From Tubiluchus corallicola (Eukaryota; Animalia; Priapulida), in contig JAQGDQ010000369.1 in the NCBI GenBank assembly GCA_030141605.1, positions 124,001 to 188,000 of the forward strand: DNA of 64,000 bases. Direction: 5' to 3'. Both the position numbers and the translations under genes were made by a program. Positions 1 to 19,566 of this stretch are shown piece after piece; positions within the stretch are counted from its first letter, which is position 1, and each line of letters starts with the position of its first letter. The notes under the pieces were generated by a model. The model saw only the letters and a list, made by a program, of their open reading frames with translations, was not told the origin of the DNA and did not search any database.

Positions 1-175
1 TAAGTTTTCATTTGCAGACTTGTCTAGGCATTCTAAGAAGCCTTCTAAGGCGTATTCTAAGTATAATTGTACAAACAACTAAAGTAAATAAGCACAGACA
101 GAATCACCGCCATGATATTTTTTGTTATTTTTTTCACTGAATTTTACGTATTGATGCAAGTTTGCATTTCTGTAG

Positions 176-3100
176 GCTAGCAGAGCTGGGCCACAGTGTC
201 GTTGGAGTTGAGCTAGCTGATGCGGCTGTGAAGGCATTTTTTCAGGAGCAAAATTTGACTTACAGTGTCAAACCTATTGAGCAAGTACCAGGCAACGTTT
301 ATCAGGTTACCGGTTTTCTATTTGAAAATTCCAAGTATGACTTAATTGTGTTCAAGAACGTGTTTTCGTGTGCATGTAAATTTCGGTTAAAGAGGTTGGG
401 ATACATTTAAACATTTTAGTTGAAACAAGTAGATATGAGACAATTTTTATTATATAAACTTAAGAAGAGAATATAAATCTGCTGCAAGCGTCTTGTTTTA
501 AACTTTGCCTATAAAAAATTGATAGCAATTAACTTCATAAATTGACTTCATAACTGCTGGTAGCCCATATCTAACTTTTGCTTAGTCAAATTTTTGCATG
601 GGACAGTGCCAGTAGTTTTTCATTTTCACACCCATATCTTCAAACTGCATGGTGTGAACTGCCCCTGCATGGTGAGAGCTGACCCTGCATGGTGTGAGCT
701 GACCCTGCATGGTGTGAGCTGACCCTGCATGGTGTGAGCTGACCCTGCATGGTGTGAGCTGACTCTGCATGGTGAGAGCTGACCCAGCATGGTGTGAGCT
801 GACCCTGCATGGTGTGAGCTGACCCTGCATGGTGTGAGCTGACCTTGCATGGTGTGAACTGACCCTGCATGGTGTGAGCTGACCTTGCATGGTGTGAGCT
901 GACCCTGCATGATGTGAGCTGACTCTGCATGGTGTGAACTGACCCTGCATGGTGTGAGCTGACTCTGCATGATGTGAGCTGACCCTGCATATTGTGAGCT
1001 GACCCTGCAAACTACTTGATGCTCTAACTTACATCACATATGATTTCCTAAGCCAAGGTGTTACATTTTTCATGGTTTTTGACTGTTTTGATGATTTGTA
1101 TATAAAACACGAAATTTCGACTTGATGTCTTCTATTTCGTGGTTTATTTGACGAATCGATGCCAATACGGGAATCATTCAAATCTGAAACGAAAACCCTC
1201 GATTTTGTTAGCAAAACTTATGCACTCCTTGGCTTAATTGACTAGGAGGGAATAGGAACATGTCTGTTGTTGAAATGGTAACGCTTTTTGACAACAACTT
1301 TGTGACCTATGAGAAGCCAATGTTCTTCACCTTGTTCATCTGGTATTTTTGACCTATTTGGACAAATTGTTAAAGACATGCAGTGCACACAAATGTTGAT
1401 GTGTGAGCATCTTGAAAATTTTCTAACTGTTTGTTTGTAATGTTTATGAAGTTTGAAATTTTGAAGTTTATATTATTATCACATTCAGTACAATATAGTG
1501 ACGTGTAATAATACATGGTAACATCAAAATTGTTACACAATACTGTAATAAATTATTATGTTTCATACACTATTGTTATTACAGAAGATTAATTGTACTG
1601 CAGTGAATCTTAGTTACCTTAGTAATTATTATTAGCAGTAATTTTAATAATTACTAATAATTATGCAGTTATATATTAGTGATGTTAACATTACAGCACA
1701 TATTAGTAATTGACGTGATGTGAATTATATGATACATTGTTTAATATGTTTTAGGCAAAGGATGCAAATATTCTTATCTATTGCTGTGACCTTTTCCTGG
1801 TTAACAAGTAAGAAGTCTATTTTATAACCAATCATAATGTAGATCACAAGAATTTACAAATTAAATATGCCATATTTACTCGTTTTAGAGCCCCAGCTCT
1901 TATTCTTTCAATTGAACTAAGTACCGGAACTTTTTTCAAACAGGCTTTTATTCAAGAACAGTGCTTCCTAATTTGTAAGCCTTTACTGCTTATGTTCACC
2001 AGGTAGCAGCACAGCTTATTTATTCACATTACTTGGGATCACATTGAAGCTAGTTAGCCATCTATCAGACAACAGCACAGCAAAAGTAGCTTGTACGTTT
2101 CACCAGTAGTCTTGATGAACTCGCCTATCACTTAGATATTGTTTAATTAATCACTATTGTTTGCATGTCAGCATGACCACAGAATGGGTAACATTGTTTA
2201 ATTAATCACCATTGTTTAATTAATCACTATTGTTTGCATGTCAGCATGACCGCAGAATGGGTAAGAGTAAGTTCTGCATGTGGCTGAGATTGAGGCCAAT
2301 TTTCTGTGCCAGGGCAGTTATTCAAACAGGGGTATTTATTATTTTTTCATTCTGTTTTTCCTCGGGTGCTAACATGAGGAAATACAGTACACATAAACAA
2401 TGTGCTTGACATAAGGATGTATAGTAGCAGAAAGGAGTCAGAATTCAGAAACTCTTATATGAGCTTTTGTTTTTATCTGGATATATAGAGTCATAGCGCT
2501 TTCTGGGCTATGGCTCATATGTCGCTTCTTTCTCTTAGTATCTGGCACCTCATTTTCTCTTTTTCTGCTTTATTAAAATCATAAAGGTAAGTGTGGTAAA
2601 TTGTTTATATTTTGCATTCAAGAAGTTAAAATTATTTTGCTCATTGTTTCACAGTTATCATTAAGTTTTATTATATTTTTTGAGCCATATTGTCTATTTA
2701 GTCACATACTCATATTTCACTACATTTTGCTTGCTCCATTTTTCTGCACTAGTTCTTGCATTCCATAGTATTTTATCATTACGCTTAACATAATTTGAGA
2801 CGGTTGCATGTCTTTGTTTCATTATATTTTGTTTGAGTTTATCATGCATATTTTGTTTCATTCACTGATTTATTATTTATGTTTTATTTTTTTTGGTTTG
2901 ACTTTTCTCTAGTTTGTTTTATGTTTTAATCGGTTAGTTAAATGCTTTACATATTTGGTTAATCACCATTTCATATTTTCATTTTATTTCTTTGTTGCAT
3001 AGCTTATTTAGTTATTTCGCTTTCATGTTTAATAAATTCATAATTTCCCCCATAAATTCATGTTAACAGCAGCACTACAATTTTTTTAATTTTACACTAA

Positions 3101-5593
3101 CCTGAGAAGGGTAGCTGACTCGATGACCAATTGGTCTTTTGCCACCCTTTCCCCTGCACCCCCCTAACTCTTTCCTTTATGCTTAATTTGTCCTTTTTAA
3201 TCAATAACTATAAAAATAATAGTTAATTTATATACTGGGGTAAATGAGGAGATAAATAAAAATGTCTATATCTATGTCTATTATATAACTTTTTACATTG
3301 AAACATTTAAATTTCTTTAGTTACTTGTTTTTGCATCCAGTAAAATCACTTTATATGCCTTGTGCGCAAAAGTTATTGTTATGAATAAATGACAAATTCG
3401 CTGTGAGAATTTCCTTGAGCAACAATTTATTATTGTAGCCTAATTCAGCTGTTGAGCCATCTGATAGAGAAAGTATTCTAGAAAATTTATCAACAACAAT
3501 CCTTTTGTTATAGCTGATACTCTTGTAAAATTAAGATAAACAACATTTTTTTCCTAACTTCTGCTTGCAAAGTAACAGTCTTACTTTAGTTGTTATGAAG
3601 ACTGCAGTACCACTTCAAACAATCTTACTTTAGTTGTTATGAAGACTGCAGTACCACTTCAAACAATCTTACTTTAGTTGTTATGAAGACTGCAGTACCA
3701 CTTCAAACAATCTTACTTTAGTTGTTATGAAGACTGCAGTACCACTTCAAACAATCTTACTTTAGTTGTTATGAAGACTGCCGTACCACTTCAAACAATC
3801 TTACTTTAGTTGTTATGAAGACTGCTGTACCACTTCTAACAATCTTGTCTTGTCAAGTTTGTTTACTTTTCTGTTTGAATTATGCAGGAGTCAAACAATA
3901 ATTTTGATTTTTTTATTCAGAGAATTGCTGGGAAGTTTTGATGCCATTTGGGACAGAGGATCATTGGGAGCTATTCAACCTGACAGTCGAACACGGTAAT
4001 TGAAATGGAAGTTACTAAATTTATATAAAGATAAACTGTTAGAAAATTCAGTTTTACGATAGACTGTATATTGTCACAGACAGATCATATTTTATTCTGT
4101 TTTCTTTTTTCTCTATTTATTCATTTTCTGGTTAGGTAGATGATATGGCTACAAAATTCCATGATACGTGTAATTACTCAGTCCTGATTGTGTTGCTAGT
4201 AGAGAGGAACTCGAAGAACGACTAACAAACCTATACCAAACAAACACAGTTTTTCTTTCTGGTTGTCTTAACTAAGTTATGAACAGAACATCATCGTATT
4301 TGTCCTGGTACAACAATATATTGGTTCATCTAACAGGTTTAATTATCCTAATTAACAATTGAAGTAGTTATGTATATTTTGTGATAGACCCGTTTTTCCT
4401 GTGAAACTGCATTCCATAAATTTGCAGCCTGAGGCAACTCGATAACCATTTTTTGCTGTTTGCCAAAGGCAGTATTTCAAATATGGGTGGCCGAGTGATT
4501 AAGTTACCGTGGGCGCTTCACTGCTTGCAGCCGGAGTTTGAATCTCACAACCACCTGTATTGGCGCAAACAGTTGTTATCTGTGTTATTTATTTGTGGCG
4601 TCTCAGTGTTGTTGTGTTCGTTAAGAGTCCCTCATAGTAGCCTATGGCTAATGTTGTCTGTTGTCTCAGCAACTGTAAATAAGTGTGTTTGTCCTTTTTT
4701 GCCCATTTTTAAATAAATGTTTATTAAAAAAAATTAGCGGTCATTAGTATCTCAGAGTTAAATCTTTGCTCATTTGAAGTTATTCAATCATGCTGTTTTA
4801 GATATAGAGCATTGATGATGTCACTGATGACTCCCAAATCACGTTATTTATTATCAGTAATGGAATTTCAATCAGAATATAAAGGACCACCTTACAACAT
4901 GCCCACTAGTGACCTACGTGAATTATACGGTAACACAAATGTTTTTTCTCCTGCGTTGTTCTTTTTTTATACGGTAACACAAATGTTTTTTCTACTGTCG
5001 TTGTTCTTTTTTTAACGACAATTAAAGGAAACGTATTCTTGTTTCTCAGCGCTGTAGACTTATTCCAGTATTAGTGACATTTTCTTTGTAGACTTAGCTA
5101 ATAATATTTGTCATAGAAAGTCAAAAAGCTACTTAACATAAATGCATACTGCGTGGGCTGTGAGTGTGTTATTGATCATTAGTAGGTTTTGAAATCTTAT
5201 GTAGCTGTTGTGCACATTACTGGATTTATAATGTCGGTTTGCAAATTTACGTTAGATGCTGTGAAAAGAAATGATTTTCGTGTTGTAACGTAAGACCTTG
5301 TTTTGCAAAGTGGATTGTATTGCAAAATTTTTAATCTGGCATTTCATGTCCAGCAGATGCATAGTAGCTGCTTAGTAGCTTGTATGAACACAGGTAGCTG
5401 CAGTTTAGAATGATGCTAATGCCTGACTGCAACAGGCATCCCTGTTACAAGCTACTAACTTGCTTTGTTGCTTGCATTTCCAGGTGATTGCTGTAATGTG
5501 GAGTTGTTAAAGAGAGCTGCTTCAGACTGTGGAGGATTGCCACCACAAATCAAAAAAGCTGATTTTGCAGTATATTTTATTACCCTGAAGTAA
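176..5593 (+). CDS. TPMT: Thiopurine S-methyltransferase-like, copy 1 (5'-partial; last 5 coding exons)
   Basis: Exons 176-305, 1755-1807, 3921-3995, 4802-4929 and 5484-5593 (TAA), all GT-AG and phase-compatible. Translation: WLAELGHSVVGVEL..FFQEQNLTY / IYCCDLF / FDAIWDRGSLGAI / YKGPPY / ..AVYFITLK*. These are TPMT family motifs. The first two coding exons lie before the window. Confidence 0.92.
645..1008. repeat. 20-bp minisatellite (GGTGTGAGCTGACCCTGCAT), about 18 copies
   Basis: Direct head-to-tail repeats in a TPMT copy 1 intron; explains the repetitive ORFs at 582-1010. Confidence 0.97.
3577..3846. repeat. 44-bp minisatellite, about 6 copies
   Basis: AATCTTACTTTAGTTGTTATGAAGACTGCAGTACCACTTCAAAC recurs at 3621, 3665, 3709, 3753 and 3797. 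Confidence 0.96.
4485..4733 (+). mobile_element. Putative tRNA-derived SINE
   Basis: A-box-like TGGCCGAGTGATTAAG, B-box-like GGAGTTTGAATCT, then a body ending in AATAAA and an A-run. Confidence 0.5.
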
Positions 5594-7086
5594 AGCTGGG
5601 ATACGGAATAGTCACATTCGTAGCTGTGAAGCTAAAGTGTTAACCTTCGTAAAGCCACAATCTCATATAACCTCCAGAGTTTGAACTCTAGGACAGATAG
5701 CAAAATATAGTTTAGTGTCATTTAAATAAAATCACCGAATAGAACTGTGCACCACTTCAGTGTCTTATCATGGAAGTCTTATCATGATACAAAATATATA
5801 GGCATTCGTGGGAAAAGAATACCAGAATTTCACGTGGAAAGCTTACCTTGTCTGCGAAAACTGGTGATTCCTGAGCAGAGATTGCAGCAGCATTATCATT
5901 TCACGTACCCGTGTATATAGGATGCCTATTTTCAAGCAGAAAAAAAAAACACCTTGAATGAAATTATTCTGCAATTACAGTTGTTCCTGTAGAGATTTAA
6001 TTTTTCATGAGTTGCATGAAAGTATCTATCCTTATTTCGTATTGTTAAAGTTGTGCATGAATTAGGTAATGTGAATTATGACTTCGTCTACATTCTACTA
6101 ATAACTTACGCAACTGTAGTTTATTATTTTTCTATTAAAAATTTACTCCAAGAACTGTTTATCATTTGTTGTACACATATTGCATGTGCTGTGAACAGCG
6201 CTGTGATAATGCATGCTGGTATGTGATAATCGTAGGTTAAGGCAAAGTCCACAATACTCACTAAAGTTGTGTGCATAAAATTACTCAACGGTTAATTTTT
6301 ACTGTTAACTGTTTAGTGCTGAATTTCTACTTAAATCTTATATGTATCTTCCACGTGTGAACTGTGTGCTTATCAAACTTTTCCTGTGAACTTTGTTTAC
6401 TTTTCGCTTTCCACATAGTTAATTCTTGTCACACTGAGCCATGGCATCATAAATGTTTATGGCGCACACTTTGGTGCCATAGAAGATGAGAGAAAGGTTA
6501 GTGATGTGTGTCATGGTTAGGCCTCTTGTTGCTGAGTGTCAGTAGAAAAAGTAATCATGTTATCAATTGAAGAAAATTATTTTTGCTATGTTATACTAAC
6601 AACGCATTCTAGAAACCAAGTTTATTTTATAAATTTATTGCTTATGCCAATCAGAGGGATTAGTTTTGTATATTTTGTTTGTCTGGTTGTTTATCATAAA
6701 CATCCCAGTGAATTCTAGATGTATTTTTTGTGTATGTATCAATGAAGCAGTTGCATGCATAATTGGCATGTAAACAAGTTTGCTGAGCTGATAATAGTAG
6801 AATTGCCTCCATGCAGGCTTAAAAACTGCACATTCCGAAGAAAATTTTTGGGGGTATCCTCAGCACTTTGGCCAGCTTATTTGTGCCGAGGTTGCCTCTA
6901 AAGTTACGCAATGCCGGATCAGCTTAGTAAGTGGATGTGCTGGTATTCACACGTAGCCAAGACACCTCTGCTGTAGTATAGTACATCTTCTGTCTGGGAT
7001 AATAGCATCAGTTCTGGTAACTAGATTTTGTGGAATGTGACTACAGTGTTCCCTCGCTGGTAACTAGATTTTGTGGAATGTGACTA

Positions 7087-7970
7087 CAGTGTTCCCTCAC
7101 TACTTCACGGTTCGTTTATCACGGACTCGCTGTTTCGTGGCTTTTCGAAAATATATTACGGTATTTTCGCTGTATAGATTTAATGAATTTTGCATAAAAG
7201 TCACAAACGGTATAAAGGTATATTTAATTCTAACACTAAAAGAATATTGTGAAAGTTAGTTATGAAGTTGAAGTTGAACAACTGAACACTATATTACATG
7301 TTTGCACAAAAACTGAAACACGTTTATTACACTAAATACACATGAGTAAAATACACAAGTAAAATGAAGATCACGACTGCTGCACTGCACTGAGAGTGTG
7401 AGTTAGACAGTGTGTAGCACGACTGCACGTCACTGAGAGCGTGACAGAGAGACAGTCAGTGGTTAGAAGTGAAATCCAGCCAGTATATATAGGTAGAGAA
7501 CTATGCAAAAACTTGGCTTCACATATCCCATTACAGTAAAAAATAGGGGAGATCCAGTGAGTTTGCATATTCACTGGACCGAACAATTGTACTAGGGGTG
7601 AATTTAACTAGTAAAATGTTAAAGTGACTAATCAATAGATGGCAGCACCTAAAATATACAGTTACAACTTTCACAAATATTATAAAGCATAAAAATTACC
7701 ATTTACAGTATAAAGTGCATTTATTCGGCGGATGAATAAGCAAAGTTTAAGTAAAAACTTTAAGTAAGGTTTTTTAAAAGGTACATGTACAGTATTGGAA
7801 AAGTTATTAGGGGAATGGGAAAGAGTTAAGTATAAGAGTTTGGGGAGGGTTTATAAAGACTTAAAATAATGTATGACTACTAAAATATGTATAGCGTCCC
7901 TACTTCGCAGAAATTCACTTATCGCGGGTGGGCCTGCAACGGAACACCCGCGATAAGTGAGGGAACACTG
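7087..7970. mobile_element. Tc1/mariner (pogo/Tigger-like) MITE, family copy 1
   Basis: TIRs CAGTGTTCCCTCAC ... GTGAGGGAACACTG with TA on the left. A shorter homologous copy lies at 23487-23844. Confidence 0.85.
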
Positions 7971-8704
7971 TTTATAAAAAAAACAAGCTGATTCCCTTTC
8001 AATTTTTGCAACTTTGCAAGAAAATCTCAGCAGGCAGTTGAGAGGTGAATTTACTGATGAACCAGGTAATGCATAGTGCATTTATAAATTAATGATATGC
8101 CTTCTGTCACACAACTTGGCACCCTAAACAGAATTTAGTGGCACATTTCGGGTTATTTGACTTTGTAATGTGTTTCATAAAATATTTATTTTAATAATTG
8201 TTTTAAAAGGAGTTGACTTTGTACACTCATTTCGTATCATGCTTGGCATTGTTTATGGCATGCACCCAGGTGTATAAAAGAGTTGAGAGAGACATTAGCA
8301 ATATGCATCACAGTCAGCCTTTTTATTGCTGATTGTCAATGGAAGAGGGAACAATGGCATCAACTGAAGTCAGAGACAGGGTTTTGTAAAGTCAGAGATG
8401 GAACAAAATTTTTCATAAAATGCAGTCTCAGTGTGTGTGTTTTAATTTTTCAGCAGGTTTTTTTCAGTTAAGGTGATATATATTCTACTGGCTACTTAAT
8501 TATGTATGTCAATTAAACAAATGATATGCAAAAAATCTATGACTGAACTGAATGTGCAGTTAGTGCAAACAGCAATACCAGGGAAGCAGAGGCTGAAATC
8601 AGAAATGTTAAAACTAACCAATATATATCGTTCTTTTAATCAGAATTCTGTTTCCAAGGTGACAATTACTCATACGTAGATGTGGTGTAGCTGCTAAATG
8701 AGAC

Positions 8705-16271
<7,567 letters not shown>

Positions 16272-19162
16272 AATTGTAAAGATGTTTTATCTTTTAATGA
16301 GAATATTAATTTTGCGACTTTTGTGTCAAAAGCAATCGAAATGATGTAATTATATAAAGTACAGTACTCTTACTTGATACTGATTAACCGTGTTGTATGG
16401 TCAGTAGTGAACTGCAGCTATTTAGATATTAGAGTTTTCAGTCTCCATCAGTGTTACTTCACAGCTTTATGAATCGATGTTGTTCTTGCTTGACTTATAA
16501 ACGTTGTAGAAAACTGCACAATTTAACTTGAGAAGTCGCTCTCATTTTATACTGTGCAATACAGAAATGCTGCGAAGAATGTGTATTGGCATTTTTGAAA
16601 AATGAAGTTTTGGTTATTTTCATTTTAACTGGTTCTTAGGTTTTCTGCAAGTTTTTGTCGCTAATATGTGAGATTTTTGTGAAGTTTTGTAAATAAAGTT
16701 AATAACATTTTTTTGTTATCGTTACAGTATTTTTTATCTTCTGTCTGTTTTTTTAATTCAGTTCTATCCACTACAAGCTGTCACCCCATACTTGATAGAC
16801 AGTGAATACTACTAATCTCGAATACTTCTGGCAGGAATAGATTTATTGCATAATTTTTTATTATCAAAAGATATTGAAGGCTTATTGCCTTGGTTCCTTT
16901 GATATAATATCATCTATCTGTTTAATATATACACCTATATACTGATCTGCAATACCTATAACTTTTTATGGTGAAATATATGCACACTGTTAATGCACAT
17001 ATACGAAACACTTGCAAAAGAAAGTAAGATTACAGAATTATTTTGATAGTTGCCCATCATAAATTATGTCAATTAAGGAACTTGTCCCGTGGTAAGGAAA
17101 CAAAATGTCTCAAAATAATGGTTATGTAGGTACAATAAGAAGGAAAAGATTTGCAACGAAATTAAATGAATAGATCATTATAACAAAAAGGCTTGCTTTA
17201 CACGATGCAACCTGTCAGTGATTAGAGCAATTAAGTGAACAAAAGAAGTTTAGCTCTCACAAAAATCCATTTGATGCGTGTATGTAGCCATTTAATAATT
17301 ATTCAGAAACTTCTATAAATACTCATTTACACTTACTCTTTACATTATAGACACTTTTTACACGATAAATAATAGTTTAACAGCAATTTATTATCACTCC
17401 TCTATCAGCTATTCATTTTTATAGTATTACTTGCCATTTTTGGCGGCAGATATTTTTGATAAATAATTATTTCTTAATGTTTCTTCAGCTTTATTTTCAT
17501 CCATTTTACATTGTTATTGAACAGATCTTGTAATAGAGATTTCCAACAAGTTCAAGTTTAAGTCTATTTTTACTCCGACACAACACATATTACATATAAG
17601 ACAATTGTACAGCATTTAAACAAAATTATCACCAGAGCAGAGACTGTAAATTTTAGTTTATTGGTCTACAAAGGATGTAATTAACACGCCAACATTATAA
17701 TAATTACTACAATAATAATAAAATGTTACAATATTATCAAATATCATTATTAAAAATTTGTAATATTAAATTTGTTATTATTAGTGATTTTTTTCCATCG
17801 CGTGAAATTTTTATATTTACTAGCATCAAAGACTATTATCATGTTTCTAAAGTTCTGGTTTTGAATAATTTAGTTGAGAGCTTGGCTTTGCAGAACACTT
17901 GAATTCTGTGGGGAAGCAAGTCTCGAAAAACCAAGAAATTTCTTTCGAATTTAGATCGCACCGCGTACGAGATTTTTGCGTGGCATTTAAATCTGTGGGC
18001 CTTTGTAAATTTGTTAATTCTATACTTGCAGCATGAAGCATTTGACGGTAAAATCGAAAATAGGAACATAATTGAATGGAATTATAGACTTTGGAACAGA
18101 ATCACGGATGACACCGAAACCACGCTAATAGTAGTAGAGTATGTTACTATGAATAGTAATTTTTAGTATAATGATATTTAAGTTCACCAGTTGGTGATCT
18201 GCTGTCTATTGAAATTAAATAATGAGTCATATTTAGATAATGAATGTAATGTCGAAAATTTTTATGTCTTTCCTACCATCTATTTCCATCGACTTGTATG
18301 TCGGATTTTGTAAAAACAAAATACGTTTACTTTGATAATTCTGCGTGCTTGGTCATAATAACTGGTAATGCAATTTTTAGTCTTGTTTCATTTATTTTGA
18401 TTATGAGACTGAACCCTCCGCTTTATAACAAGCATACCCTGATTACCTTTAGTTCTTGTGTATCATCCTCCCCTTAATTTTCATCTTTATGTATCGAACC
18501 TTTTTTAACAAGGTGCAAGATAATTCTCCACTCAACTGTCTGGTAAAGACATTTGTGTGAGTAACTGTTCCATTATTTTGCTTTATTTTCATTATGATGC
18601 CATCTTTTTTTGTTATTTTGCGGGCAGGCAACTTTTCTTTTCTTTATGCCGTTCACCAAACAAAACTGAACCTAATTTTTCACTCTCATTTACCTTCCCA
18701 TTTATATTATTCCTTTCAAGTTCAAACAATTCACAATACAGTAGGACAAATTCCAATGTTTCCATACCATTTTTTTCATTTTGAAATTTTCTTGATAAAT
18801 AAGCATAGTAGCATTAGCCACTTTAACACTGGAAGAAAGTAGCGATGACCATGTGTCTCTCTGTCATTCCATCTCGCAATTTATATTTGAAAGTTGTTGT
18901 TACTTGTATTTGTGATCTCTAAAGAGACAATAAACTATTCTATTTTATTCTACAATTTTGTCTGCAAACACAAGAATTCTCTGAATACTGGATCATTATG
19001 AAGACGGCTAGTGTTTCATTACTCTTCTTTGGTGTTGGAGCTGTATAGCACTGATTTTTGCAACTATAGGCCTATTTTGTAATTTGCAATTTTTTGCAGT
19101 TTTAAAATATTCTGAAGAGCCGTAAGTGAGTCTTCAGCTTCGAACACACGTTGTTTCAATGA

Positions 19163-19535
19163 ATGGAGAAACAATCAACTAGCAAAGAAGCTATTTACAG
19201 TGATGGGGAAGACATTTCTGTCAGCGCCGTCAACATTAATGGGAAATTATGCGATACTCAACCATTGGATTCAATTTTGCAAGGTAAGTATAATCTAGGA
19301 TTGGTTGAAAACACCTGCATTTGCCCTTGAATCAGTCAAATACCAGGAAATTTTTGTTGTGTTTAAAGTAAAACAACATACATGCTTTTGCCTGCTGTAA
19401 CTTTTGAGTCATTGATATAGCTAAGTTATGGCTTTTTAGAACCGAGAGATTTTCCTACAATAATTATGTCATAAACTTTTACCAGATCAATTTAATAGTA
19501 TCTTTAAGGAAAATTAAAAGTGCAGTAGTTCCAAG

Positions 19536-19566
<31 letters not shown>

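Noticed and set aside
582-1010. Repetitive ORFs (also 9625-10375, 24830-25109, 29132-29744, 43500-44204)
   Set aside because: Open in several frames only because the minisatellite units lack stop codons; intronic, with no splice support.
8353-8379. Alternative TPMT copy 2 start (MASTEVRDRVL*)
   Set aside because: Stops after 11 codons with no strong in-phase donor; at most a uORF.
17839-18069. Small minus-strand gene between TPMT copy 2 and MCPH1
   Set aside because: Two overlapping short ORFs with no recognisable homology or convincing splice sites; cannot be excluded without RNA-seq.
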